DNA of 62,480 bases, counting the filler, from Basidiobolus meristosporus CBS 931.73 (lineage: Eukaryota; Fungi; Basidiobolomycota), in assembly GCA_002104905.1 (NCBI GenBank). It is 5 parts of 5 records of this genome, joined end to end, with 100 filler letters (N's around TTAATTAATTAA, not from the genome) between each part and the next. Parts side by side here need not be neighbours in the genome. Positions count along the whole stretch, not along the records: positions 42,432 to 54,501 come from MCFE01001256.1; positions 54,602 to 62,480 come from MCFE01001346.1; 3 more parts are not named here. One strand, given 5' to 3'. Below, one piece after another: positions 45,568 to 59,499 of the stretch; the stretch's first letter is position 1; every line of letters starts with the position of its first letter. Below the pieces are notes generated by a model. That model did no database searches and had not been told where the DNA came from. It saw nothing but the letters and a program-made list of their open reading frames with translations. The translations under genes and the position numbers were made by a program.

Positions 45568-46299
45568 GACTTGTTCCGTTGGATAGTGCCACATTGAGCC
45601 ATGAGTGCCAATTGATGCCATAGTGTGCCAGAGAGGCCAATTGAGCCTCTACCTGGCCACATGGTGTGAAACATAGCTCCGCATCTTCATGCAAAGCAGC
45701 CCCTGTGTTTCACCCATTGTGTTGGAGAAAATCCGTTTTTTGACCTTTTTTTTGGATCAATATTGTGCAGGATATATTAGAGCACAAGCAGATTGAAGAT
45801 ATGCGTCTGGTACTCAATACCCATTGCACTCTGAATCTAGCTCCTGTAGCTTGTATCATGTCACAAAAATGAATGGCACTATTTTGGTCCACTGGTACTA
45901 TCTAGCACTATAAGTGCTTTGTATAGATCTTACTTTGGGGCTAATATTTAATTATAGTGCCAGATAGTACCAGTGGACCAAGATAGTGCCATTCATTTTT
46001 GTGACATGATACAAGCTACAGGAGCTAGATTCAGAGTGCAATGGGTATTGAGTACCAGATGCATAACTTCAGTTCTCCTGTGCTCTTACACATTCTGAGC
46101 TACATTGATCCACAAAAAAAGGTTAAAAAAGTGGATTTTCTCCTGCGCAATGGGTGAAACACAGGGGCTGCTTTACATGAAGATGCAGAGCTATGTTTCA
46201 CACTCTGTGGCCAAGTGTAGGCTCACTTGACCTCTCTGGCACACTATGGCATCATTTGGCACTCATGGCTCAATGTGGCACTATCCAACGGAACAAGTC
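45568..46299. mobile_element. Foldback MITE (732 bp; ~340-bp arms, ~40-bp spacer), flanked by TA/TA
   Basis: GACTTGTTCCGTTGGATAGTGCCACATTGAGCCATGAGTGCCA ... TGGCACTCATGGCTCAATGTGGCACTATCCAACGGAACAAGTC. Confidence 0.9.
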
Positions 46300-46390
46300 T
46301 ATTAGCTAAATACCAAAAAGCTCTTTGCAGATAATCAGGAAGTATTTGTGGCAGAAGTGGCAGCAACCAAGCATGTGTTTGCAAGATGTA

Positions 46391-49300
46391 TGTTACAAGT
46401 CTTCATTTAGAAGTTGTAGAGGAACAGGGAGTTTAGCTGGTATTGTATTCACTAAAACTTGAACTGATCTTGATTGAGGTTCCAGCAGCTCCTTAAATAC
46501 GTTTTGTCAGATCAATTGCTGACTAATTGTATTTCCTAGTGCAGGTTGTGGCTGATGACTCATTTGATTGCATCATCATTGTTCTATCAGATCTTACTTA
46601 ATATTACTATTTCTGAATGATACAGATCTGCTGATTCATGTGCTGACTAATCATACTGATATGATTGATAGCACTGATACACTGATAGGCTCAACATAAA
46701 ACTGATTGATTTGACTAAAAACTGATCTAACTTAAACATTCAGATGGTATAGCATCACATTCTCACCACTAAAGTTGAGAGGGTTCTCCTGTATTTCTTT
46801 TCTTGTGATACCAGTATCTGAATTGTTAAGTATTGTCAGCAAGTCTTGCAAGCCTGAATCTGTCTCTATAAACTAAATATTTGCTGATATTACCTTACTT
46901 GTCCACTAGTTGGTAAGTTGCAAATGGACATTCTCTGATCATCTTGAAAAGTCCTGTCCACTAAGGCTCAAACTTCTTCTGTGTGTTGTTTCTTAGCAGT
47001 ACAAAGTTCCCAACTGTCCACACCGCTGGTGATATAGTCTTATCAAATCTCTACTTCCTCTTTTCAGCACTTCAAAATACTTTGGCCTGTGCCTCTTGTC
47101 ATCTTTGTTCCAGCTGCTAGTGTCTACTTGGCTGACTGAGTTCATCTTCTAAGGCATCTGTTTGCTTTGGTTGTGTGATATTGCCTGGTGTCCTTGGTGC
47201 TCATCCATACACTAAGTAAAGTGGCCATTGCTGGGTGGTGTTGTGCACTGTAAGTATGCAGACAAAAAGAGCTTTGTCTACATACTCATTCCACCAACTG
47301 ACAGCTCCATTTGCGTACTTAGTCAGCTTTCTCCAAATAATCTCTTAAACCACTTGGTGACTCTGTTAGTTCTAGGGAGATATGCCAAGGTTTTCAAGTG
47401 TTTGATCTGCAGTATTTCCAGGTAAGATTCCAATGTCTTTGCACAAAGTTTGCTCCTTTAATGGATAAAATTGCTACAGGGCATCCTAACTTCATAAGGA
47501 TCTCTTGGTAGATGAAACTTGCAGCTTCTTGTTGACTGGCTACATGTACCACTTTAGCCACTGGCCATTTGGTGGCATGGTCAAGTGCTACCAGGATCCA
47601 TGGTTGCATATCATGGTGGTAGGCAGTCTTCCAATAGTGTCAATTTTCTATCTCTTAAATGGTTGCACAGGCTTGAAGGGAAAGAGTTCAGCAATTCTCT
47701 GTGGTTGGCCTTAGTTGATTTAGTGACTTGGTCATGCTGTCACTAGCTTCTCAGTAACTTGTTTCATTCTGTGCCACCATGCTCTAGCTTTCATAAGGCT
47801 GTAGGTTCCTTCAATACCAAGTTACAAATATCCAATGTGTAGCTTATGTGTTAAATCCAGGCAGGCAACATAAGGGTAATATGAAATAGGGCTTCCATCA
47901 ACAATTGGTAGAGTGTCTCATCCTGTACTACAAACTTACTGGCTTCATCCTAGATTATCTTCTTGATCTCTTTATCCACCTCATTAGGAATGGCTTGGTT
48001 CTCCAAGTACTTTGGAAAAAAGCTAGGCTAATCTGATTCCTGCACCAAGCTGACTTGCTCAACTTGTTCTAGTCTTGATAAGGCATCACCAACCATGTTG
48101 TTTTTGCCAGGGCAGTAGAAAATTGCCAAGTCAATTTGCTGAATTTAGCACTCCATTGTGTCATTCTTCTGGATAGTATCATAAGTAAATATATACTTGA
48201 GTGAGGCATGATCAGTGTTCCCAGTGCACTTGACTCCTTCAATGTAGCATCTCCAGGTCTTCAAGCAGTGTATTATGGTAAGCATCTCCTTCTTATGCAC
48301 TGGATAGCTCTGTTCTGCTGAGTTTACTTTCTCAAACTTAAAAGGTACTGGGTAGTTTTTTCCCACATGTTCTTGGTTCAGTACTCCAACACTTGCATAG
48401 TCTGAAGCATCTGTGCACAGAGTAAACTCTTTTCTGAAGTCTGAGATTCTTAAGCTTGGCAGCTTAGCAAGTACATTCTTGAGCATCTGAAAGGCAGTCT
48501 CACTGGTTACATCCCACATCATAGTGTTGTCTCTCTACCAAATATCAGTTAAAGGGGTGGCACTACTTGCAAAGGACTTGACAAATCTTTGATAACAAAA
48601 AACCATTCCAAGGAATGATCTGAGTTCTGTTGTGCTATGGGGCTGCTTCAGATTCTTAATCACTTCAGCCTTCTTGGGACCTAAGGTCACTCCTGTGCTA
48701 GTCACTATGTGTCCCAGGTATTTAACATGTTTCTTCAAGAGTTCACACTTGGCTAGCTTGCCACACAGCTTGTTCTCTCTTAGCATCTTTAAGAACTTTT
48801 CAATGTGCACCACATTTTCCTCTTCTATCTTGCTGTATATCTATATGTCATCTAGGAAGACTACAACAGACCTGTCTAAGTACCCCTGGAAGACTATTTG
48901 CATCAAGTTCATGAGTGGTCCTCAAGGTGACTTGCTGGAACTGGTATATCCTTGTTCCAATAAATGATCTATTTGTCTTTTTGTCTCTTCCAACTCCAAG
49001 GAACTCATTCTGTAAGGTGTCTACTCACTGGTAGCTATCTCCTGTGTCAATGGCATGATCCTTATCTCTGTCTGGTGGTAGGCTTAAAAGTTCACTCAGA
49101 AACATGTCTGAAAGTTCCTTCTGAAAGGTCTAGACCTTCTGGGGAGCTAGAGTACCACCATGAGGAACACCTGGATACCTTCTCTAAGGGCTCCACAGAA
49201 CTGTGTCCTGATGAGTCCACTTGTTTCACACATACTGGAATTGACCAAGTTGAGATCTTGTCTGGCAGGTAATAGCTCAAAGGTCTTGTTGTCCTACTAG

Positions 49301-50340
49301 ATCTGAGTACCATGGTTTCTCCATTTGATTGATGGATTACAACAAGATAGCCAGGTTTTTCCAAGTACAAGGTCAAACCTGCAGTTCCCTAATATATAGG
49401 CCTCTATGCCTTCTTGACAGTTGTTGATCCTCATTTTTACTGGCCAAGTAATACAGCTGATTATGTAAGAGTTCCCATCAGCTGTTGAGACTGAAGTTGA
49501 TTTTGTGGGCTCCAAGTTGATTTCAGCTTTAAAGGCAAATTGCTCTGACATGTACACATGGGATGCTCCTGAGTCAATCATGATTTTGGTAGGTAGACCA
49601 TTGATTATTCCACTCATATACAATAGTTTCTCTGAGTTTGAGGTTGTTTGCAACCAGTATTCTTCTGTCATATAGAAAGTGAGCTCTAAGTCTTCTTCTA
49701 ACTTATCTTCCATTTTATTATACTCAATGGCTTTAGCCTAGTTGAAAGTCCTTGCTGCCCGGTGTTCCTTTCTTCTCTGAGTGCAGTACATTGCAATGTG
49801 TCCTTGCTGGTGGTATCAAAGCAAAGTCTTTGGTTCTAACATTCTTCTGAGGTGGGATACTTCTGCATAGCATCTACTTGCAATGGCACTGCCTCTGATG
49901 GACTTCTTTCATAGTGATTATAGCCACTCTATTAGTCATTGTGGGCTTCCCTACTCCAAACATAGCTGAGTCATATTCAATGGCAATCTTGATGGCTTCT
50001 TCACTAGTCTGATGTCTTTGATAATTCACTTGCTTGCAGGTTCTTTCTTTTAATCCATCAATAAAGTATTTAGCTTGATCAAGAGGGTGCATTCTTTCAA
50101 TATTTCCAAGTAGATGCCTATACTCAAAGAAGTATTTTTGAACCATTCCTTTCTGTCTGAGTTGCTTTTGCTTCCTTCTTAGTAGTGTCTGCTGGTGGGG
50201 TGGTTTGAAGGCATTTTGAATTTCCAACAAAAACTCATCCCAGGTAGAGATAGTAGTGTAGCCTATTGTAGTTGCTGATCTGATCTGGTTGTAATACCAC
50301 AATAAAGCTGCATTTGCCAGCTAACAGGCTGTATAAGTTA
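46391..50340 (-). mobile_element. Decayed Ty3/gypsy element related to 20522-25445; 3' LTR 46391-46759, 5' LTR missing
   Basis: LTR similar to the reverse complement of 25076-25445; fragments of gag (49874-50302), protease MIDSGA, RT, RNase H TDASDY and integrase. Confidence 0.88.
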
Positions 50341-50819
50341 CTTGTTTTCTGGGGCCACTCCTGTACCTGTAAAGCACCTTCAATATAGTAGAGTTAAGTT
50401 GCAAATGGAAGATCTGAGTACTCCAACAGAGATATCAGTCCAAACTTGAAGTCCACCTTATTACTAATAGGTTATGAGATGGCACTTAGTTTAGTAATGC
50501 ATCTTAGAACATCAACTTAGAAATTAGTTTGTAGAATATTTGCTAATTATTAGGAAGTAATCACATACAGAATATTTGGAAAATCTAAAGCCTGTGCAAA
50601 TGAGCTGAAACTTGGTGCATGTAATCTTGAGACTCCCCTAATGATAAACAAATAGTAACAATTATATGGTTATGCAAGAAATATGAATACTGTGATGCAA
50701 CTGTACATATATACAAGTGAATTTCATGTAAATCTTATAACACCCCATTTCACTTTCAATATATTTCTCTGATATGTTAACAGTACCTTCCAAGTTCATG
50801 ATTGAATCTTGATCATCAC

Positions 50820-51230
50820 ATAAATACATGTCAAAGCAATTTGCTTTGAAGGCTGAAATCAGCCCAGAACCTACTATATCAACCTCAGTCTCAACAACTG
50901 GTGGGAAATCTCACATAGTCAACCGTACCACTCAGCCAGTAAGAATAAGTATTGATGGCTATGGACAAGACTTACAGACCTACATATTTGGAAACTGCAA
51001 ACTTGACCTGGTACTTTGAAGAACATGGCTATTCCACTGTAAGCCATCATTGAAGGGAGAACCCATGCTACTAGGTTTCAAAAAGGCAACCAGACCTTTG
51101 AGCTACTAACTGCCAGGCTGGATCTCAGCTTGATCAATTCCAGTGTATTGGACAGAAGTGAGCTTAGCAAGTCACAGAACCGTATAGCACTTAGGAAAGA
51201 TACTCATCTGTCTCTTATGGTGGTATTACA
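50820..51230 (+). pseudogene. Gypsy protease-region fragment (approximate limits)
   Basis: MSKQFALKAEI...YIFGNCKLDLVL matches 21980-22170. Confidence 0.7.
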
Positions 51231-51585
51231 GGATGATTTGGCTACTCCAGTGCCCCAGAAAGCATGGACTTTGTGAAGTAACACAGCCCCCTCCCAAAGC
51301 AGAAGCAGAGGAACACCCTGTTGTCATTGAAGTACAACAAGAGTGCCTGAAGATACAGCCTTCAGAAAAGCCTATAATAGAATGGGAGGGAAAGATTGTG
51401 ATGTTCATACCTAGGACTAAAGATAAAAAGACATTGAAGATCCATGAAGCCATAGAGTGCAAAGATGCAGGGTAGGCTAATACTCAAGAGGCTGTTTGAA
51501 GTCTAGCATGGCATCACCACAAGGCAGGCATACCATGGGATCATCAGGAACTCAAGGCTAAGTAAATTGCTTGACCTGTATTTTC

Positions 51586-52958
51586 TGTTGAAATATTGGA
51601 ATATTTGATCATTCAGCAGCTAAAAATTTACTCAACAATTCCAGACTAGTTTTAGTCACTGTAGGACTCATTTACTGCCTTATCTTTGCCACTTTCATCA
51701 GATATATGATCTTATGATTATTCCCCTATAGTCAGGATCAAATCAGCACTATTACCAAACATTATGTACTAACCCTGAAACTGTTACAGAATGCTTCTGA
51801 ATATTGAGATACCCTCCCTACTTGGTGTTACAGCAGTATTACTTCTACAAAGGTATAAATACTGAGCTTCTTTATGAATAAACAACAGTTCAACTATTAT
51901 CACTATTTCTTGATAAGTTCCTTATATCCAAATCACTTCTTAAACTGCAACAGGTTATGAGCACCAATTACCTTAATCTATTCTAAAGATGACTTCTACC
52001 AGCAAACAAAGCAATACCAACATCTTCCCTGTAAAGGAGAGGGTTGATGGGAAGAACTACAGACTTTGGAGAATCAAGATGCAGATCCACCTTGAGGAAA
52101 GGAAGCTTTGGAACATAGCAACAGGAAAGGAAGTTGAGCCCAAAGGAACAGCAGAAGATGTGGAGAAGCTTCAAGAGAAGGAGAGAAAGGCCTTTAATGC
52201 CATATGCATCAATGTGCAAGACTCCTTCATTGGACAAATCCATGCCTCAAATACTGCCAAAGCAGCATGGGAATCCTCAGAGAAGATCTTTAGAGCAAAG
52301 TCAGTAACAAGCAAGCTTTATTTGAAACAAAAGTTCTTTAACATGAGGAAGAAGCCAGACGATGACATGCTACAACTCATTACCAGAATGGAGACACTTG
52401 CAGAAGAACTTTACAGTATTAATGCTGGTGTAGATGATGAAGAAAAGATACTCTGTCTGCTTTGCATCCTACCAGAGAAGTATGAGCCACTCATACTTTC
52501 TTTTGAAAGCAGAGAAGACAGCTTGACTTTAGACCATGTTAAAGGAAGACTTCTCCATGAAGTACTCAGACATAATGATCAAGTAGAGGAAATTGAAGAT
52601 AATGCTTTATTCAGTTCAGAAAGGAACACAGAAAAGAAGGGAAAGCAACAAAACCAAAGAAAACCTGGCTGCTGTAGCTACTGTAAAAAGCCAGGACACT
52701 GGGCAACAGAATGCAAGAAGAAACAAGCAGACAAAAAACAGAAACTAGAGCAGGCAAACAATATAACTACTAATGAACAGTTATTTGTAACTGTACAAGA
52801 GAGTGCAAGTAACCAAAGTAATGAGTGGTATATTGACTCTGGAGCATCACAGCATATTTGTGGTATAAAGGATTGGTTCATCAACTTAAAGACTATTCCC
52901 ATACAAAAGGTTTATCTGGGAGATAACTCTGCATTGGAAGCTACCGCCAGTGGGTCTA
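51586..52958 (+). mobile_element. Copia element (LTR 51586-51952, PBS GGTTATGAGC, gag to protease), interrupted by a same-family copy
   Basis: FDG/VDGKNYRLWRIKM, CSYCKKPGHWATEC zinc knuckle, WYIDSGASQH. Confidence 0.9.
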
Positions 52959-54501
52959 TGTTGAAATATTGGACTATTTGGTATCATTCAGCAGCTAAAA
53001 ATTACTTAACAATTCTAGGCTAGTCTTAGTCACTGTAGGACTCATTTACTGCCTTAACTTCGCCACTTTCTCCAGATATATGATCTTATGATTATTCCCC
53101 TATAGTCAGGATCAAATTAGCACTATTACCAAACATTATGTACTAACCCTGAAACTGTTACAGAATGCTCCTGAATATTGAGAAACCCTCCCTACTTAGT
53201 GTTGCAGCTGTATTACTTCTACAAAGGTATAAATACTGAGCTTCTTTATGAATAAACAACAGTTCAACTATTATCACTATTTCTTGATAAGTTCCTTATA
53301 TCCAAATCACTTCTTAAATTGCAACAGGTTATGAGCCCCAATTGCCTTAATCTATTCTAAAGATGACTTCTACCAGCAAACAAAGCAATACCAACATCTT
53401 CCCTGTAAAGGAGAGGTTTGATGGGAAGAACTACAGACTTTGGAGAATCAAGATGCAGATCCACCTTGAGGAAAGGAAGCTTTGGAACATAGTAACAGGA
53501 AAGGAAGTTGAGCCCAAAGGAACAGCAGAAGATGTGGAGAAGTTTCAACAGAAGGAGAGAAAGGCCTTCAATGCAATATGCATCAATGTGCAAGACTCCT
53601 TCATTGGACAAATCCATGCCTCAAATACTGCCAAAGCAGCATGGGAATCCTTAGAGAAGATCTTTAGAGCAAAGTCAGTATCAAGCAAGCTTTATTTGAA
53701 ACGAAAGTTCTTCAACATGAGAAAAAAGCCAGATGATGACATGCTACAACTCATTACCAGAATGGAGACACTTGCAGAAGAACTTTACAGTATTAATGCT
53801 GGTGTAGATGATGAAGAAAAGATACTCTGTCTGCTTTGCATCCTACCAGACGAGTATGAGCCACTCATACTTTCTTTTGAAAGCAGAGAAGACAACTTGA
53901 CTTTAGACTATGTCAAAGGAAGACTTCTCCATGAAGAACTCAGACGTAATGATCAAGCAGAGAAAATTGAAGATAATGCTTTATTCAGTTCAGAAAGGCA
54001 TACAGAAAAGAAGGGAAAGCAACAAAACCAAAGAAAACCTGGCTGCTGTAACTACTGTAAGAAGCCAGGACACTGGGCAAGAGAATGCAAGAAGAAACAA
54101 GCAGACAAAAAACAGAAACTAGAGCAGGCAAACCATATAACTACTGATGAACAGTTATTTGTCACTGTACAAGAGAGTGCTAGTAACCAAAGTAATGAAT
54201 GGTATATTGACTCTGGAGCATCACAGCATATTTGTGGTATAAAGGATTGGTTCAGCAACTTAAAGACTATTCCCGTAAGAAAGGTTTATCTGGGAGATAA
54301 CTCTGCATTGGAAGCTACCGCTAGTGGGTCTATACAACTAAATATGAGTGATAACTCAGGGGCAACAACAGCAAAACTGACTGACGTACTCTATGTACCT
54401 GGAATAGCTAAGAACCTACTCTCAGTCAGTAAAGCAACTACTCAGGGACTGAAATTTGTTTTTACTAAGCTGAGCTGCTCAATATTGAGTGAAAATGGAC
54501 A
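52959..54501 (+). mobile_element. Copia element nested in its sibling (LTR 52959-53326, PBS GGTTATGAGCCC, intact gag-protease running off the contig)
   Basis: ORF 53363 to the gap is open; CNYCKKPGHWAREC, WYIDSGAS, VLYVPGIAKNLLSVS. Confidence 0.92.
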
Positions 54502-54601
54502 NNNNNNNNNNNNNNNNNNNNNNNNNNNNNNNNNNNNNNNNNNNNTTAATTAATTAANNNNNNNNNNNNNNNNNNNNNNNNNNNNNNNNNNNNNNNNNNN
54601 N
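54502..54601. other. Artificial contig spacer
   Basis: N44-TTAATTAATTAA-N44. Confidence 0.97.
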
Positions 54602-56218
54602 GAATTTTTCGGTGGATGCTAATAAAGTTGTCTTCACTTGAAGGTAATAGCACCCTGTTTGGTTGCGATATTGTTGGAGACACGGGTACTTCTCTAATGG
54701 GAACATCATCCTGCGGTGACTTTGTTTGAAGGGTTGGTTGTGTGGGCTGGATCGAATCAGTGGTCAAAATCGGTTGCAAGGAAGTTTCATCGCTCATTTC
54801 TGCTCCCTGAGATATTGGCGAAGCAACAGGTGAGTCCATCAAGGGTGATGGGCTTGGGATGTTATCGGGAAATGTATTCAGGAATTGTGAAGCTTGCTCA
54901 CTTCCAGAAGTCTCGATGGGAGGCTTTGAGGTGTTCTGCAGCCCTGTAGCTTTGCGAGCTGATTTGTCTTTTGTTTTGACTGAAAATACATCTCTTTGAT
55001 CTTGCGAATTTTGCAGGCCATAATTCAATGAAGTGGTTGCGGTGGGCCTCTTGAAACTGCTAATAACCGGACCAAGAGAAGATGCTCTCTCGTGAGTTGT
55101 ATCGGTATGAGGTGGTTGTTTGACCAGTGGATATCGTGACACCGCTTTCGAAGGAGTGGCTGAATGGGATGGAGTAAGAGGGTCTTCATGGGAGATATCC
55201 ATTTGGACTCTTGGACTTTCGTAGCATCTCGGACTCATCTCTGTCGGTTCAAAAAAAGTTGTGAGCTCGTATGGCGTAGAAGTTGGTCTTTGCGCTATAT
55301 TCTTTAAAGCGCTTCTAGAAACAGCTCCTGAAGAAACGGATTCAATATATTGACAAAGGTACAGATTGCAAAGAGAGCTTACCCTGATTGAATAAACCCT
55401 TGCCTGTCGTGTTTTCGGATAAGGTGCCGGAGACGCTGGGGCGCTCAACTCCCTTTCCTTTACGAGCATTCAACGGATTACTGTTACTTGGTAAGCTAGT
55501 AGTAGGTCGCGGAGGAGTGTACAAGTTGTTTGGAGATGGAGCTAGTTCTTTCTTGGCTGTCGGTTTAGTGACCGTTTGTCTAGCCGCAATTTAGGTATAT
55601 GTGTTTTGGGCTGGTTGAGGTTTGTCGCTGACACTAAAAATCCCCGGGATATATATGGTTATTAAATTACGCTACTGGTATGTAAGAATGGATGAGTTTG
55701 TGCGTACCATTTTTCGAGCATTCATAAGAATCCCACTTCCTTCTTTTTGTCTCTTTGCCTTCAGGGGAAGGGGGGCTAAAAATTGGGGGGTAGCTCCTTG
55801 AATGTGGGGGGTTTGACTTTTTTTGTGGGGGTGCCATAATCCATAACAAAGAGCGTTTTTGAAACGCTTTGAAGAAAATTTGGTGAAGGTTTCGGTGACT
55901 TTGAACAGACTGCGAGCGTCTGGCTGATGTTTCTGGCGTAATGCTAACTTGTTGCGATCTGAAAGTAGAAAATCCAAATGAGAACGCGAGGATTCCTCGA
56001 GTAAAACTAACGTCAAATGAAAATACTTACGGGTTCCCCAAGTCCGACACCCCATTATGTACGTGTATAGATCGTTTTGCGGGTGTGATTGTCTGGTTGT
56101 GGGGTGAGTGTATAAATTCCTTTGGGGACTTTTTAGAATAAATTGGGGATTTGAGTTTTGACACGTACAAAACGGACAAGTCGGAGGGCTTTTGCGCCCT
56201 GTTGGTTTCCTCCATCAT
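54602..56218 (-). CDS. Probable multi-exon gene for a low-complexity S/P/T/K-rich protein of unknown function; 3' end off the contig
   Basis: Successive minus-strand ORFs (56218-56027, 56055-55672, 55524-55342, 55469-54602) with GTAAG donors near 56030 and 55385. Confidence 0.5.
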
Positions 56219-56681
56219 GCTGCCTAGTCAACTTTCGTGGAAAAACTTCAAAAGTTGTTGGTAAAGCGTACTTCGAAAGTGATTGTTACTACGGCTGATT
56301 CATCGATTTTTTTGATTGCTCACTTAAAATGTGTTCTTTGATGTTTGGTTAAGTAAGCTATTAATCAGGGCGTTGTTTCATTTCAAAATTGTGTTCTATT
56401 TTAGCTGGCTCCTAGTCCATAGTGGTTTTCTAAAGTGATACACATAGCCTTACCTTCCTTCAGCATTGAATTAATAAATGTGACTGAGGTACTCTGTTTT
56501 AGGATAATTCATTTCTGAATATTTAGAAAACATCTATTTTTCTGGAAATTTCCACTGTTTCCACAATACGATAAATATTACAATGATGTCACGTAGCAAA
56601 TTTACTCCACGAAGTTCTGAATTTAGTACGATATATCAACGTACCTCTATCAAGTTCTAGGTATTCCTTATTCTCAAAAGT

Positions 56682-57350
56682 ATGTTGGCATGTATAGTAG
56701 CTGGTAGGACTTGTAGGTATTGCTTCAGAAGGCCCATTGATTCTAAGAAATAGATGCTAACTTTCAGCGGCGCATAAGGTTCAAACCAACCTTCAACAAG
56801 TTGATGTGAACAAATACGTGTTCGAGCTAACAGATGCTCACAACATCAATCATGTGATTGTCTTCTTGTTAGGGACTATTCCTTTTGAGCCAGGTTTTGC
56901 TGCTACCGTGCACTTTTTGTGGCCCAACAAAAATTGGCAGATGTTGGGGGTGTAAGTATTTTGTGCTGCCTCTCGTTCTTCTCCTTGAACTCACCCGAAA
57001 ACTATAGATTATCCAATGACAAGCCTTCAGCGGTATTTCGACTTCAACCTGGAGCGAACAACCAACCAGTGCCCGGGGTAACCGCCACTCTCGGAATATC
57101 AATCGAGCCCATCAATCTAGTGGAGCAGCAATATCAGGCTCATTTACAGACCGCCTCAAATAACAAGACGGTGCCCTCACCCATCGTCATCGCGGAAAGG
57201 ATTCTCAACCAAGTTTACAATTTTGTGACGTCCTACTGTTAGCGGAGGCAGTAATGACATGATTCCATTGAAGGCGTTTGAGAATTGGTACCAGACAACT
57301 CAGCGGAAAGTAAAGCCGACCCCAGCTTTTTACTTAAGAATTCTGAATAA
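56682..57350 (+). CDS. OPI10: OPI10/Hikeshi (DUF775) family protein with several 1-bp indels
   Basis: MLACIVAGR.|VQTNLQQVDVNKYVFEL..AHNINHVIVFLLG..PF..GFAATVHF.WP..WQMLG|.LSNDKPSAVFRL...ATLGISIEP...IAERILNQVYNFVTS...IPLKAFENWY. Confidence 0.88.
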
Positions 57351-58786
57351 GGGGTGTGTTGTTGTATATTCTTGCCATTCCCAATAAATCATTGCCACAT
57401 TACTATGGTTGATAGTTCACTACAATACATATGTACTATTCTACCAACTTCAGGGTGTTTACACCAGCTAGATTGGCGGTAAAGGTTATGTCTAGTGCCA
57501 ATATGGCCAGATTTGCATCAAATGGTATGTTCACTAGCATAGTGATTTGAGCAGTTCACCATATCTTGGAGTTCCAGGATCCATTCACATGGCTCAGGCA
57601 TTTGCCCTAATCCCAACCAACCTACCCTAGCAAGTAATATTCTACTATGCCAGCGACTGTTCAGGCCAATGCCCACCTTTCACCTACATTTCGGATACCT
57701 CCCAGCATCTTTTTGGCTTTAGTAGAATACATATATGTAGATTCGGTATCAAGGTTTACTCCAACCTCTACAGAGCCAAGTGTGGGTAAGATTAGTAGAG
57801 AAATTGGCAACCTGATAATGGGGCATTGACTAATGGTCATATTAATAATGCAACCATTTTTCACTATCACTATTTATGTATAGCAAACACTCCCATAGCA
57901 AACTAAATGACTTTATCTACTTGCTGATTGAAGCTAATTGGAAGTGAGGAGATATCCACAACAAGGAAGAGTATTTACTCTGGCAACAAATCCTTCGTTA
58001 ACCAATCTCATACCCATTTAATGTGCAGATTGACCATTTCTGATGATCCAGCGCCAATTTAACCATGTTGAGCCTCCATAAAAGCAGAGAATATCGGCAG
58101 AACGCTATATTTAATTACCATATTAATCTTGATGGAGTGGGTGAGGTTAGTGGGAAGGGATGTTCAGAACAGGTAGTCCAGAATGCATCGAAGAGAACCT
58201 TCCAAACAGGACCCATTATCGGCAGATCCATATTCAGCAATGCAGGTGAGAATTTTATGGGGCACGTAGCGCACTGCCGATGAGCTGAGACATCAGTTAT
58301 TACGTACCACACCGCTTCGACGCTCATGTGGCGGGAGCATGGTAAATTAGCGACTCCATCCAATATCAACAACAGTGAGGATTGTCATGATTAGAATACT
58401 TGTCTGGGTGGTGATCGCATTGTGGATTGGATCTCATGTGTTTGGGTGGAAGGTAATCCTAGATATGTCTCAAACTAGGAACAAGCCTAGTCCAATTGGA
58501 GGTACGAGAGACCTTAATGTGTTGTGTTAAAGGAGAAAACAAACGCACTGAATCATTTTGCCAGGTCAATTTAACTTGGCAAATTCTCCAAAAATGGTTT
58601 TGATAGATCATACTGGGTAAATGTGATCAATCCTGTCCGATTGAAAATTCCCTCCTGATATTGCATTATACTTATGGACGCGCCACACACCTTCCCATCC
58701 TTTTAAAAAGCCGCGCCATGCCGCCGAGATTCATAGCCTCGTTTCATTGATAGCATACTATACTTATGTCATCTCTTGTATTAGAC

Positions 58787-59390
58787 ATGATACAACCTAT
58801 CCTCTCGTCGAAAACAACGCCGCGATAACATTTGCGATATTTGTCAGAAATCTTTTTGGCCGCCTGATAACCTCAAGCGCCACTATCGGACACATACAGG
58901 AGAGAAGCCACATCGTTGCACATACCCTGGGTGCACCCAGAGCTTCCCAAGAAGCGATCAGCTGAACCGCCACTTCAGCATGCACTCTGCCAGCCCCACC
59001 CTCAAGAAGAGGAAGCTAAGCATCGATAGCGATCATGGTCCCTTCTCCCACTACCAACAACAGCCAACCTACAGCTCATCCATCCCTTCCACGCCAGACT
59101 CCATATCATGGACCCTTTCCAGTAACAAAAAGTTCACGCCTATGGGCATAGACCAAATCCAGACCATTCTCAACCTCACACCAGTACATTTAGTCGTTGC
59201 TCCAGAGGAGCCCAAACCATCCCCGCATGGAGCTCGCCTACCTCTTGAATTAGTTCCCACTATCACCTGTTATCTCTGTGTACGTCGCTTTCCCTATGTA
59301 TATTTCCAGTGTGTTCCTTTGTTTCAACGGAGTGATCATCGAAATGGCCATCCACCAGCCAACCTGTACATACTACCTAGTACCAAATAG
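58787..59390 (+). CDS. C2H2 zinc-finger protein (two fingers), probable transcription factor; start and end uncertain
   Basis: In frame from 58833: CDICQKSF..PDNLKRHYRTH-TGEKPH-RCTYPGCTQSFPRSDQLNRHFSMH, then basic LKKRKL. The ATG at 58787 is 1 nt out of frame. Confidence 0.85.
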
Positions 59391-59499
59391 AAATCTCGAT
59401 CACTTGAAATGATGTTTAACCCGTACGAGATCAAATTAATTTAATCACAACTATAAAGGACCATTCGGCCAAACTGATCCCATTAGGCTGTATTCGGGA

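Noticed and set aside
56682-57350. Frameshifts in OPI10, urease, DUF3291, C2H2 and Nup85-like genes as programmed frameshifting or mass pseudogenisation
   Set aside because: Mostly single-base indels in short homopolymers, sometimes compensating, in otherwise well-conserved genes. Uncorrected consensus error is the simpler explanation; read pile-ups would decide.
59230-59290. F-box-like RLPLELV..I..YL at the end of the C2H2 ORF
   Set aside because: Short match in a region with uncertain frame; not enough support.
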